Shown one piece after another: positions 1 through 9,741 of a stretch of DNA of 33,007 nt; position 1 is the stretch's first letter; the number at the start of each line of letters is the position of its first letter. The translations under genes and the position numbers were made by a program. Below the pieces are notes generated by a model. The model was not told where the DNA came from. It was given only the letters and a program-made list of their open reading frames with translations, and searched no databases. Origin of the DNA: Azolla caroliniana (lineage: Eukaryota > Plantae > Polypodiophyta). The stretch spans positions 1 through 33,007 of the forward strand of contig JBHGNT010000342.1 in assembly GCA_043228905.1 (NCBI GenBank). The letters run 5' to 3'.

Positions 1-1130
1 AGAAGTTTGACTCCTACATACGATGGCTTGGATACAACATATCAGACTTCGACCCATGCATGTATGTTCGGCAACTGGCCGACGAGTCAAGGATCTATCT
101 GATCCTATACGTAGACGACATGTTGATTGTAGGAAGCAATCAATTAGAGATCGGTAAGCTGAAGCAGAGCCTTCACACAAAGTTCGCGATGAAGGAACTC
201 GGACAAGCCCAACACATACTGGACATGAGGATAGAGTGAAATCGGACGACCAAAACTCTCCGACTCTCCCAATCCGAATACATCTGCAAGGTGCTGAAGT
301 GCTTCAACATGGAGAATGTGAAGCCAACACCAACACCGCTTCCGATGTCGATTGGACTATCAGACTAAGACTCTCCTTCGACAGACAAGGAGAGAGAACT
401 TAATGGAAAAATACCCTACGCATCAACAGTAGGAAGTATCATGTACGCAATGGTGGCGACCCGGCCCAACCTAGCCTATGTCGTAGGGGTGGTCAGCCGG
501 TACATGTCAAACCCAGGAAAGAAGCATTAGGAGGTTGTCAAGCACATCCTTAGGTATCTTAAAGGAACCTTGGATGCACAGCTGACTTTCAGACTAACAA
601 CCTCAGCCAAAGTCGAAGGCTACACCGACTCCGACTATGCTAGAAATACAGATAATTGGAAATCGACATCAAGCTACATCTTCACCTATGGTGGCGGTGT
701 GATATCATGGAGGTCGAAACTTCAAGAGTGCATGGCTCTATCTACCACAGAAATGGAGTACATAGCAGCATCGGAAGCTGCGAAGGAAGCAATCTGGCTG
801 CACCGATTGACTGCCGACTTCGGAACTGTAAGCCGAAACGACCGACTAGCGTCGACCATTTATTGCGATTCACAAAGCGCAATACACCTCATCAACAATC
901 TCGTCTATCATGCAAAGATGAAGCACATTGAGGTGCAGTATCATCACATTCGGGAGCTCGTAAACGAAAAGAAACTCGAAGTTCGGAAGATCGACACCGA
1001 GATGAACATCGTTGATTGCCTAACGAAGCCACCTCCAGATCTACGATTCGGAGCACTAAGGACGAAAATGGGGCTACAACAAGCGACTGAACAGAAGAAA
1101 GCCGAACGAGGAGTAGAAGGTAAGATCTGA
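1..1130 (+). pseudogene. Copia RT/RNase H, disrupted
   Basis: In-frame stops upstream of 570 (near 237, 366, 527). The RNase H part, 570-1130, is open. Confidence 0.9.
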
Positions 1131-1291
1131 TCGAAACAATAATGACACATCCTATACATCTGCCGACTCAGTTGCATGCCGATCGACTTGTAACATATAA
1201 ACTTAGATCAATTTTGTAATCTAGGCTTACGGGGGAGATAACCTCAAACACTAGTACATGCAAGAAAGAGTAGTCCTTTTACGGGGGAGTT

Positions 1292-1587
1292 TGTTGGCAT
1301 AAAAGGCCGACTCCTTCCAAGTTGTATCCATCCGAGTGTGAACTCGTCAATAAGTTAGGGCTTAGTATATAAACGAATACCTAACATTGTATAGAGTGAC
1401 GAGTGACAAAGAGACGAAGTGTTTGTGCATTGCATCACAGTGAGAGAGTGAGAACGAAGCAATAAAGCTTTCCATTAGAGCTCACACTGTAACTCCACAC
1501 TCATTCTATTTTTCTGTCTGCGTTGTTTGTTGTTCAGAACCGACAACATATCCACACACGTTTCGCAAACCGCACTCATTACCAACA
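1292..1587 (+). repeat. 3' LTR of Copia A (296 bp)
   Basis: TGTTGG...CCAACA inverted termini directly after the PPT. TATATAAA near 1366 and AATAAA near 1461. Confidence 0.85.
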
Positions 1588-2470
1588 ACAAGACCCTTCC
1601 AAGTTGAAATCAATGCATTTGACTTCGCAATTGGCGTCATCTTATCCTAGGCCGACGACACCAACATCATGCACCCAATGGCCTACTACTCCCGCAAATT
1701 CACGGCATCTGAAATCAATTATCCAATATACGACAATGAGCTTGCTGCTATCATTGTTGCCTTTGATGAATGGCGCCCCTACTTGGCCGGCACACAACAT
1801 TGTGTCTAGGTAGTAATTTATCATAAGAATTTAGTTTATTTTTCTACCACTCGTACTTTGAATTGAAGGCAAGCCTGTTGATCGACATTTCACGATGACT
1901 ATGATTTTGAGATTGTATTTCGACCTGGTAGCGAACATGGAAAGGCCGATGCCCTTTCTCGTCGAGCCGAACTTGCAATTGCCTCGGGGATGCCACTCAT
2001 GCTCAACAATCTCATTGTTGTTGAAACCCGACAATTTGCCACTTGTATGTTGCAGGATGAGTTGATGCATTCTCCAACAAGATTCGATATAGATTGCAAC
2101 ACCCCTCCCCAACACCAGACGAACTTTGACCATTTCACCATACAAGATGGTTTGCTATTCCGAGATCATCTCTTATACGTCCCAGTGTCGTGACTCTTGA
2201 GTAGGAAGCAGAGAGAGAGCGATGGCGATAGAGATAACGATAACGATAGAGATGGCGAGAGCGGTAGAGATAGCGATAGTGATAGAAAGAGAGTGAAAGA
2301 GGGAGAGAGTGCGAGAGAGAGAAAAGTATAAGTGAGAGATAAGAAATGGGAATGCGATTATATTATGAGAAAGAAGATTACAAGGAGTAGGCTAAGGGCT
2401 AAAGACTGGTGTTGAACCGAATGAGTTGTGATGAGTGTATGGACTCTTATTTATAGGCCCTTATGGAGTA

Positions 2471-2571
2471 TTCTAGAATGTTTTAGAATATTTTAGATAT
2501 TTATGAATAATAATAATAATAAATATAATCATGAAATATTCAAGAACATTCTAGAATAATCTAGAATGTTC
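2471..2571. promoter_or_regulatory. Heat-shock element (nGAAn) arrays in LTR U3
   Basis: TTCaaGAAcaTTCtaGAAtaaTCtaGAAtgTTC at 2539-2571 (7 in-phase units, 6 perfect) plus TTCtaGAAtgTT(T/C)taGAA at 2471-2488. Repeated at 7664-7764. Confidence 0.75.
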
Positions 2572-2620
2572 TAAATATCTCGTAATAACTAAACATATAA
2601 TTATTATGATTACATCTCAC

Positions 2621-2690
2621 ATATGTTATTACAATGGTTAAAGTACAATATGTAAACCAAGAGGTTATGGGTTCGATTCCTGGTTCGCCA
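2621..2690 (+). promoter_or_regulatory. tRNA-like A-box/B-box cassette in chromovirus LTR, antisense to the element
   Basis: D-loop-like TTACAATGGTTAAAG at 2629-2643; GAGGTTATGGGTTCGATTCC containing B-box GGTTCGATTCC at 2670-2680; tRNA-like spacing; ends in CCA at 2688-2690. Confidence 0.65.
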
Positions 2691-2724
2691 AGATGAATGT
2701 CATGATAAGCCAAGATGTATGTCT

Positions 2725-5700
2725 TCATGACATTATCCCCCCTTTTCGATGACGAGTTGCACGAGTCGGAAGAAAAGAGTTCAGACTTGGTTTATGAGGA
2801 TATTGGTTGTGAAATGCAACAACCATGTCGGAGGCATTGGCAAGATGTTCGGCAGGCTCCCATGTTCGATCATTAGGTGTATAGCCTAACCAATCAACCA
2901 AGTAGTATAGTTTGTTGCGAATGATCTTGGAGTCGAGGATAGCGGCAACCTCATATTCAGAGCCATTGGAAACGTCAATTGGAGGTGGGGGAGGTGTAAC
3001 ACGACCCGGAATAGAGCTCGTTGTGTAAGGCTCCAAAAGTGAAACATGGAAGACCGGGTGAAGACGCATATGAGGAGGAAGATCAAGACGAAATGTCACA
3101 TCATTGATCTTACCACTTATGACATATGGGCCAAAACGTTGATAATCCAATTTGTAGCAAGGTCGGGTCGTTTTAATGCTACCTTGTAAGAGCCATACAC
3201 GATCTCCTACTTGAAATGTAGTCGATGAATCACGCCGATGACGGTCAGCAATCTTCTTTTGAGTGTTTTGGGCTTCACATAAATGATGCAAAAGCATATC
3301 CTGAACTTCTTGGAGTCGAGTGAGCCGATCTTCAGCAGCTGGGTTTTTTGGGAGTTCAGGATGTTCAAGCATTGTCCAACGAGGATGGTACCCAATGTTT
3401 GCAAAAAATGGGGAATATCCAGTAGAAGAATGCTCGGAGTTGTTATAAGCAAATTCTGCCAAAGGTAGTAAATCCACCCAATCATCTTGTTGATAGTTGA
3501 CAAAACAACGTAGATATTGCTCGACTGTTTGGTTTGTGCGCTCACTCTGCCCATTAGTCTCTGGATGGTAGCCGGAAGAGAGTTTACAAGAAGTATGTAA
3601 GAGTCTGAACATGTGCCGCCAAAATTTCGAGATGAATTGGGGACCCCGATCACTGATAATATCATCCGGAAGACCATGATGGCGAAACACCTCCCGCATG
3701 AGTAAATCAGCTGTCTCTTGACTAGTAATGGTCTTTGTGCATGGAAGGAAATGTGCCATCTTCGTAAAACGATCGACAACCGTGAGAATCGAATCAAATC
3801 CCTTGGAAGGTGGAAGATCCGTAATAAAGTCCAAGGAAATAGATTTCCATGGGCTCTCCGGAATAGGCATTGGCTGTAATAAGCCATATGGATGATGTCG
3901 AGGCTTTTTTGATCGGCAACATGTATCACAGCTACGAACATAATCCGTAACAAAATGGCGAAGCCGTGGCCACCAATATCGGCGAGAAATCAACTCAAAA
4001 GTCTTGTGGATGCCGAAGTGTCCCGCCATTGGTGTGTCATGACATTGTTGCATGACTTTGAGTCGAGAAGGACCGTCAGGCACATACAAGAGAGTTTGTC
4101 GAAAAAGTAACCCATCATGCCAACTAAACTGGGTGTAGTCTAGACGAGGATTTTGAGTTTGGGAGCTAGATGCACGATTTGGGATAATATGGCTCAAAAC
4201 CTCTTGGGCGAACGCATCAGTCGCAATCTGCTCACGAATGGAATCAAGAAGCCTTGAATCTCCCGGTGTGTTGATGGTATGCATTGCCATTATTCGTAGA
4301 CGATCAGGACCTAAGAGGATTTGCTTTTGGCTTTCAAATGCGGCCTCTCCAGGTTGAAGTTCCATATACGAATGTCTAGATAAAGCATCTGCTTTTCCTT
4401 GTTGCATCCCAGGGCGATATAGAATTACAAAATCGAAACGAGTTAAGAACTGCGCCCAACGAGCTTGTCGTCGATTCAAGACTCGAGCACTTTGAAAGTA
4501 TGTTAGATTTTTATGATCATTGTAGACAATAATCTGCTGAGAAGAACCCTCCAGAAAATGACGCCATTGTTGAAAAGAATCCACAATGGCAAGAAGCTCT
4601 TTGTCGTGAATCTCATAGTTGATTTCTGCGGCTTCAAATTTTCGTGAGTGAAAAGCCACCGGGTGCAGTTCACCATCATCACCAATTTGGGATAGTACAC
4701 TTCCGAGTGCGAAATCCGATGCATCAGCTTCAAGTATAAAGCGCCTCATTGGATCGACATGGATTAAGATTGGTGCGGATGTAAATGCTTGCTTTAAACC
4801 CTCAAATGCAGAGTTCGCATCTATACTCCATACAAATGATCGATTCTTGTGCGTCAGTTGAGTGAGGGGCAACACAATTTTTGAATAGTCTTTGATGAAC
4901 TTGTGATAAAAGTTTGCGAACCCCAAAAAACATTGCACATCTCGCACGGACTGTGGTGTTTGCCAATCCAAAATTGTTTGAACCTTTGATGGATCCATAG
5001 AGATGCCATTTGAAGAGACTATGTACCCCAAAAACTCCACTTGACGTTGGTCGAAACTACACTTCTCCAATTTTGCATAGAGACCATACTCTCGTAGCCG
5101 TTGCAAAACTTGGCGAACATGTATATCATGTTCTTCTTGAGTTTTTGAGTAGATCAAGATATCATCCAGGTAAACAATGATGAAGATATCGAGGAAGTCT
5201 CGAAAAATATCATTCGCCATATGTTGGAAGACTGCTGGTGCATTCGTGAGGCCAAAAGGCATCACTGTGTACTCAAAATGACCATAGCGAGTGCGGAACG
5301 CCGTCTTCCATTCATCCCCAGGACGAATTCGAACAAGGTTGTAGGCACCTCGAAGATCTAACTTCGTGAAATACTTTGCTTCACTGAGGCGTTCTAGAAG
5401 GCTTGAGATCAATGGGAGAGCATATCGGTTTCTAACGGTCACTTTATTCAAGCCTCGATAATCCACGACCATACGAAGCGTACCATCTTTCTTCTTAACG
5501 AAAAAGATGGGTGCACCAGCAGGAGATTTTGAATGTTGGATAAAACCATTTGCCAAGTTCTCATTGATATATTCTCGAAGAACCTCTAACTCCGTGGGCG
5601 AAAGATTATAAATTGGTCCCCATGGAGGCTCTTTTCCTGGCTGCAAATCAATTGGGCAATCATATGGTCGATGCTCTGGTAGTCTATTAGCCTTCACCTT

Positions 5701-6369
5701 ATCGAACACATCGGAGAATTCTATGTACTTCTTTGGTAGTTGGACCCCCAATTCTTGTGAGCTAGATGAGGGAGTTGCTAAAACCGCAAATACCATCATG
5801 TCTTCCTTTCTTCCATCCTCTCGTAATTGATGTATAGAGATTGTTGAAATTGTGGGGGATCCTAGATCCTTAGTTGGAGCTTCAAGAGACTTGGATTGTA
5901 CGGTGACCTCTTCAATAGTTCTTTTTCTCCAATCAATGGTTGGGTTATGTAACTCAAACCAAGGAAGACCAAGAACTAGAGAGTGCTCCGGACTACTAAT
6001 GATGTTAAATGAGATGACACTAGCCAAATTACCTAGGACTACACGAATTGGTTCAGACTCTTCGACTATATCTCCTGATGCTATAGGGCGACCATCGATG
6101 ACTCCTACAGCTACTGGGTTTGGGAGTTTTTTCAAGATGATGTTTTGAGTCAATGCAAACTCGCGATCCATGAAACAAGAATTGGCTCCGGAATCTAGGA
6201 GGGCAGAGGCTAGGGCGCGATGACCTGTAGATGTGCTAAGCTCGACTTGTGCAGAAAAAACTCTACTAACTTGATTTGATGAAATGGAACCACAACTAGG
6301 TACTGACTCTACATAACTAGGATGGTCCAACCAAATGGCTCCTATTTTGGCCGGACTTATTCGTTTAAC
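2725..6369 (-). CDS. Pol polyprotein PR-RT-RH-IN-chromodomain, probably expressed by -1 frameshift
   Basis: ALLDSGA protease, YLDD RT, DAS RNase H, HHCC plus DDE integrase, C-terminal chromodomain EYEVAAILD...YLVDWLGY...TWEP. The frame is open back to the slippery site at 6369. Confidence 0.95.
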   Translation of the reverse strand, partial: VKRISPAKIGAIWLDHPSYVESVPSCGSISSNQVSRVFSAQVELSTSTGHRALASALLDSGANSCFMDREFALTQNIILKKLPNPVAVGVIDGRPIASGDIVEESEPIRVVLGNLASVISFNIISSPEHSLVLGLPWFELHNPTIDWRKRTIEEVTVQSKSLEAPTKDLGSPTISTISIHQLREDGRKEDMMVFAVLATPSSSSQELGVQLPKKYIEFSDVFDKVKANRLPEHRPYDCPIDLQPGKEPPWGPIYNLSPTELEVLREYINENLANGFIQHSKSPAGAPIFFVKKKDGTLRMVVDYRGLNKVTVRNRYALPLISSLLERLSEAKYFTKLDLRGAYNLVRIRPGDEWKTAFRTRYGHFEYTVMPFGLTNAPAVFQHMANDIFRDFLDIFIIVYLDDILIYSKTQEEHDIHVRQVLQRLREYGLYAKLEKCSFDQRQVEFLGYIVSSNGISMDPSKVQTILDWQTPQSVRDVQCFLGFANFYHKFIKDYSKIVLPLTQLTHKNRSFVWSIDANSAFEGLKQAFTSAPILIHVDPMRRFILEADASDFALGSVLSQIGDDGELHPVAFHSRKFEAAEINYEIHDKELLAIVDSFQQWRHFLEGSSQQIIVYNDHKNLTYFQSARVLNRRQARWAQFLTRFDFVILYRPGMQQGKADALSRHSYMELQPGEAAFESQKQILLGPDRLRIMAMHTINTPGDSRLLDSIREQIATDAFAQEVLSHIIPNRASSSQTQNPRLDYTQFSWHDGLLFRQTLLYVPDGPSRLKVMQQCHDTPMAGHFGIHKTFELISRRYWWPRLRHFVTDYVRSCDTCCRSKKPRHHPYGLLQPMPIPESPWKSISLDFITDLPPSKGFDSILTVVDRFTKMAHFLPCTKTITSQETADLLMREVFRHHGLPDDIISDRGPQFISKFWRHMFRLLHTSCKLSSGYHPETNGQSERTNQTVEQYLRCFVNYQQDDWVDLLPLAEFAYNNSEHSSTGYSPFFANIGYHPRWTMLEHPELPKNPAAEDRLTRLQEVQDMLLHHLCEAQNTQKKIADRHRRDSSTTFQVGDRVWLLQGSIKTTRPCYKLDYQRFGPYVISGKINDVTFRLDLPPHMRLHPVFHVSLLEPYTTSSIPGRVTPPPPPIDVSNGSEYEVAAILDSKIIRNKLYYLVDWLGYTPNDRTWEPAEHLANASDMVVAFHNQYPHKPSLNSFLPTRATRHRKGGIMS
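6318..6369 (-). promoter_or_regulatory. -1 ribosomal frameshift signal (G UUA AAC plus pseudoknot)
   Basis: GTTAAAC at 6369-6363, 6-nt spacer, 11-bp stem GTCCGGCCAAA/TTTGGTTGGAC (with GU pairs), loop TAGGA complementary to downstream TCCTA. Pol is in the -1 frame. Confidence 0.8.
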
Positions 6370-7484
6370 ACATCCTCTAATTGGCTCAAGACATCAAATC
6401 TATTCTCATGGCATGGGCTAGTAGGCTTAGTACTTAAGTTATTAGAAGTGATAGTAGAACTTGATGTAGGGTTGTCATGTGCACTTACTTGGTAAACTTG
6501 ACGCCTGGGTTTATGTGGACAATTCACAGCTATATGTCCTGGACCACCACAGTAGAGGCATAGGCGATGCGCCCGACGTCGTTGTTTCTCAGCATCTGAT
6601 AAGGGCCCTCGACGTTGTGTCGACTCTATTTCCATCGGAGTGGGACCATCCCTCGTAACGGGTCTAGAACCTTGTGGCGGTGTGGCGACTATAGAAGCGT
6701 ATGTCTGTTCCGGTTGGCGGCGTAACATTTGTTGACGTTCAGAACGTCGCTCAAATAGGCGATTATCACATCGCACAGCTCGGCTAATAGCTTCAGTAAG
6801 AGACTTTGGATCTTCATGGAAAGTAAGAAGAAGATCTTTGACATCGTTACGCAAACCCTGACGGAATTGATCCATTAAGGCTGCCTCATCCCAAGGGATG
6901 TCGCATGCCAAGAGACGGAAATCTGCGGCATAAGCTGAAGCGGGACGATCTCCTTGTCGCAGTCTTCGAATCTTGTTTATTGCAGTCCTAGTGCTATCCG
7001 TATCTCCAAAACTAGCTTGAAACTCCTTAACGAATGCCTCGAAATCCTCCAGTAATGGTGATTTCTTCTCAAGAAGTGGTGCAAACCATGCTAACACTGT
7101 ACCGCTTAGCAAGGTTCCTATTAATCCCACATGAGCAGCATCAGTTGGATACCGATTGGGATGTAACTGAATCACCAAACGAACTTGATTCAGGAAACCT
7201 CGAAAGAGAGATCTGGTACCATCAAACTTGGCAGGGAGGCTAATCTTTGGTTCCCTTGGGGAGTTTTGAACCCCCGCCGCTTGTTCTCGTAATGTTAATA
7301 TAGTAGCCTCAAGTTGATGAACCCGTTGTGATAACTCCTCATATTGATGAGCTTTCTCAGTACTGACTTGTTGAAGATCCCCGAGTAGCCTTTGATTTTC
7401 TTGCTCTAATGCCACAAACTTAGTGGTGAGCATATCGAGCTCCGAAAGGACACGCATATACTCTTGCTTGCTGACCGACTCCAT
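6357..7484 (-). CDS. Gag (N-terminal coiled coil, retrotransposon gag domain, CCHC knuckle)
   Basis: PAKFDG, LRQG, GPTPMEI and CLYCGGPGHIAVNC motifs, as in sushi/PEG10-like Gag. Confidence 0.95.
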   Translation of the reverse strand: MESVSKQEYMRVLSELDMLTTKFVALEQENQRLLGDLQQVSTEKAHQYEELSQRVHQLEATILTLREQAAGVQNSPREPKISLPAKFDGTRSLFRGFLNQVRLVIQLHPNRYPTDAAHVGLIGTLLSGTVLAWFAPLLEKKSPLLEDFEAFVKEFQASFGDTDSTRTAINKIRRLRQGDRPASAYAADFRLLACDIPWDEAALMDQFRQGLRNDVKDLLLTFHEDPKSLTEAISRAVRCDNRLFERRSERQQMLRRQPEQTYASIVATPPQGSRPVTRDGPTPMEIESTQRRGPLSDAEKQRRRAHRLCLYCGGPGHIAVNCPHKPRRQVYQVSAHDNPTSSSTITSNNLSTKPTSPCHENRFDVLSQLEDVLNE

Positions 7485-7556
7485 AACCGCGGGGGAAAAA
7501 GAAAGAAGGATAAAGAAGAAAGTTTGCTAGGGTTATTGGAGAAAGGGAAAAGAAAT

Positions 7557-7569
7557 ATTCGGTTCAAAC
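7557..7569 (-). promoter_or_regulatory. Self-priming PBS (no tRNA primer)
   Basis: GTTTGAACCGAAT is complementary to ATTCGGTTCAA, located 33 nt after the start of the LTR TATA box (2422-2412). No TGG-type tRNA PBS is present. Confidence 0.8.
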
Positions 7570-7925
7570 TCTCTCTCTGCTTCCTACTCAAGAGTCACGA
7601 CAGTTTGAACCGAATGAGTTGTGATGAGTGTATGGACTCTTATTTATAGGCCCTTATGGAGTATTCTAGAATGTTCTAGAATATTTTAGATATTTATGAA
7701 TAATAATAATAATAAATATAATCATGAAATATTCAAGAACATTCTAGAATAATCTAGAATGTTCTAAATATCTCGTAATAACTAAACATATAATTATTAT
7801 GATTACATCTCACATATGTTATTACAATGGTTAAAGTACAATATGTAAACCAAGAGGTTATGGGTTCGATTCTTGGTTCGCCAAGATGAATGTCATGATA
7901 AGCCAAGATGTATGTCTTCATGACA
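7570..7925 (-). repeat. 5' LTR of young chromovirus; R-U5 mostly deleted and the U5 tip inverted
   Basis: 7605-7925 matches 2412-2732. 7570-7602 is the reverse complement of 2186-2218. Confidence 0.92.
7814..7883 (+). promoter_or_regulatory. Second copy of the tRNA-like cassette (5' LTR)
   Basis: Same as 2621-2690 except the last base of the B-box (GGTTCGATTCT). Confidence 0.6.
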
Positions 7926-8469
7926 CCCAGAGGGCCCGCGTCGCACCCGGGTGTTTGCGGAATGCCACGATGACCCCCTTGGGGGTCATTACGGGGATGC
8001 AAAAACCCTTGAACTAATCTCTCGGGGGTAGTGGTGGCCACAAGCATGGAAGTTGGTCAAAGAATACATCAAGACTTGTCAGGTTTGCGCTCATTCCAAA
8101 GCTGCTCATCATGGGCCATACGACTTACTCCAGTCGCTTCCATGCCCTAGTCATCCCTGGGCCTCTATCTCTATGGACCTGATCATCGATCTACCCTTGA
8201 TCAATAGCTATGACTCGATGTTGGTCGTTGTTGATCAGTTTACAAAGATGACTCACTTCACTCCATGCTCAAAAACCATTTCCGGAGAAGGAATGACGCA
8301 TCTACTCCTCAACAATGTGGTATGTTTGCATGGACTCCCCAACAATGTCATCTCCAATCGCAAACCCCAATTTGTCTCTCACTTCTAGCAGTGCCTGTTG
8401 CACACTTTAGGCATCTACGTCAAGTTTTCCTCCGCCTATCACCCTCAAACTGACGGTCAAACGGAGCGA

Positions 8470-8965
8470 TGTCGTGAAGATTTCCGGCTATAGTGTGAAA
8501 CCGGGGTGGAATGGGCAAATCGGTGGTGTGCAACATGTGCACGTGTATACTAGGAAATGGTGTGTAGAAAGAAGAGGGGAATTTTATCCCACATTGTAAG
8601 GTCCCTCCCTCCTTGGGCTATAAAAGGAAGGGAGGGGTCACTTATGAGGGGTGGCCTATTTTGAGGGAGAGAGGTATACCACTTAGGTCGAGGGTTTCCT
8701 ATTCGGTTTTAGGGTTTCGGTTAGGGTTTTTTTCTTGGGTTTTCCTTTAGGGTTTTTCTCATAGTCGTTTGGTGCGGCCATGGCAGCCACCATTGTAAAG
8801 CGTTTATGTTTCCTTGCCCCGTCTATTATATGTTATTGTCTTATTCTTTCTCACCTCCTCTTGAGCTAAGCTTCCATTTTGTGTCTTATTCTTTCTCCTC
8901 TACTCCCTAGTCCAAGACCCCCGTGGTCCCGCCCCTTCCACACGCACGCGCGTAACAACGTGACA
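8470..8965 (+). repeat. Solo LTR (496 bp) related to LTR-A and LTR-B of the 12964-21714 family
   Basis: TGTCGTGAAGATTTCCGGCTATAGTGTGAAA start nearly equals 17704; U5 end resembles 21655-21714; 4-bp TSD GCGA/GCGC (1 mismatch); interrupts the QTER|INQ integrase motif. Confidence 0.88.
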
Positions 8966-9741
8966 GCGCATCAACCAAATACTTGAGCAGTATCTTTGGT
9001 GCTCGGTTAGTTACCAACAAGATAATTGGATCAACTTACTTTCACTAGCAGAATTCGCCTACAATAATTCTCTCCATGCATTGACTAGCGTCACTCCCTT
9101 CTTTGCAAACTATGGTTTACATCCTCGGTTCAACATTTCCCTCCCTACCACTTCGATGAACCCTCCCGCGTTTTAGACTTAGAGCTACATCATGACTTAT
9201 CATTAGAGCTTAGTCTCGCTGGCGAACGATACAAGAAACACGTTGATCGCCATTATTCTGCCACTCCACCCCTTGTCGTCGGCGACATGGTCTAGTTGTT
9301 ACGACGACACATCTCTACTACCCGTCCATGTGCGAAACTTGATTACAAGAAGTTGGGACCATTCCGTATAGTTGAGGTCATTAATCTCGTTGCCTTCCAG
9401 CTAGCCCTTCCATCCCTTTTCCGTATTCATGATGTTTTTCATGTCTCCCTCCTCGAACTCCATTATGCTTCGCAACTCCCAGGACATCGGGCCCCACCAC
9501 CACCACCTGTGCAGTTGACGACCGGGGAGGAATACAAGGTCGACCAAATACTTGACTCACATTGGCATCATCAACACCTGCAATAGCTCATATTGTGGAA
9601 GGGTCACCCCCTATCTGATGCCACATGGGAACCATCGAAGAATTTACAAAATGCCCCAAAGGTGGTCCAAGATTTTCATCTCTGGTATCCCCCCACAAAC
9701 CAGCACCCATTTGGGAAATCAGCATTAGAGGGGGGCGATCA

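Larger units (their letters stand above)
1..1587 (+). mobile_element. Ty1/copia element A, 3' portion (RT end, RNase H, PPT, 3' LTR), inserted in decayed chromovirus E
   Basis: Copia RT motif LYVDDMLI and RNase H motifs GYTDSDYA, IYCDSQSA, KHIEVQYH. PPT ACGGGGGAG at 1281-1289. Chromovirus RNase H sequence resumes at 1588. The 5' end is outside the window. Confidence 0.92.
2186..2732 (-). repeat. 3' LTR (547 bp) of young chromovirus
   Basis: Minus strand reads TGTCATGA...TCACGACA, preceded by PPT GAAAAGGGGGGATAA (2733-2747). TATAAAT at 2455-2449; CT-rich U5. Confidence 0.95.
2186..7925 (-). mobile_element. Young near-intact chromovirus (Ty3/gypsy, Tcn1/Tf1-sushi-like)
   Basis: TG...CA ends, perfect 5-bp TSD CCCAG (2181-2185, 7926-7930), open gag and pol with chromodomain. 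Only 2 mismatches in the ~320 bp shared by the LTRs (2483/7676, 2680/7873). Confidence 0.96.

Noticed and set aside
2621-2690. Functional tRNA genes at the LTR cassettes
   Set aside because: Acceptor and anticodon stems do not pair in any copy, so they are reported as tRNA-like promoter modules only.
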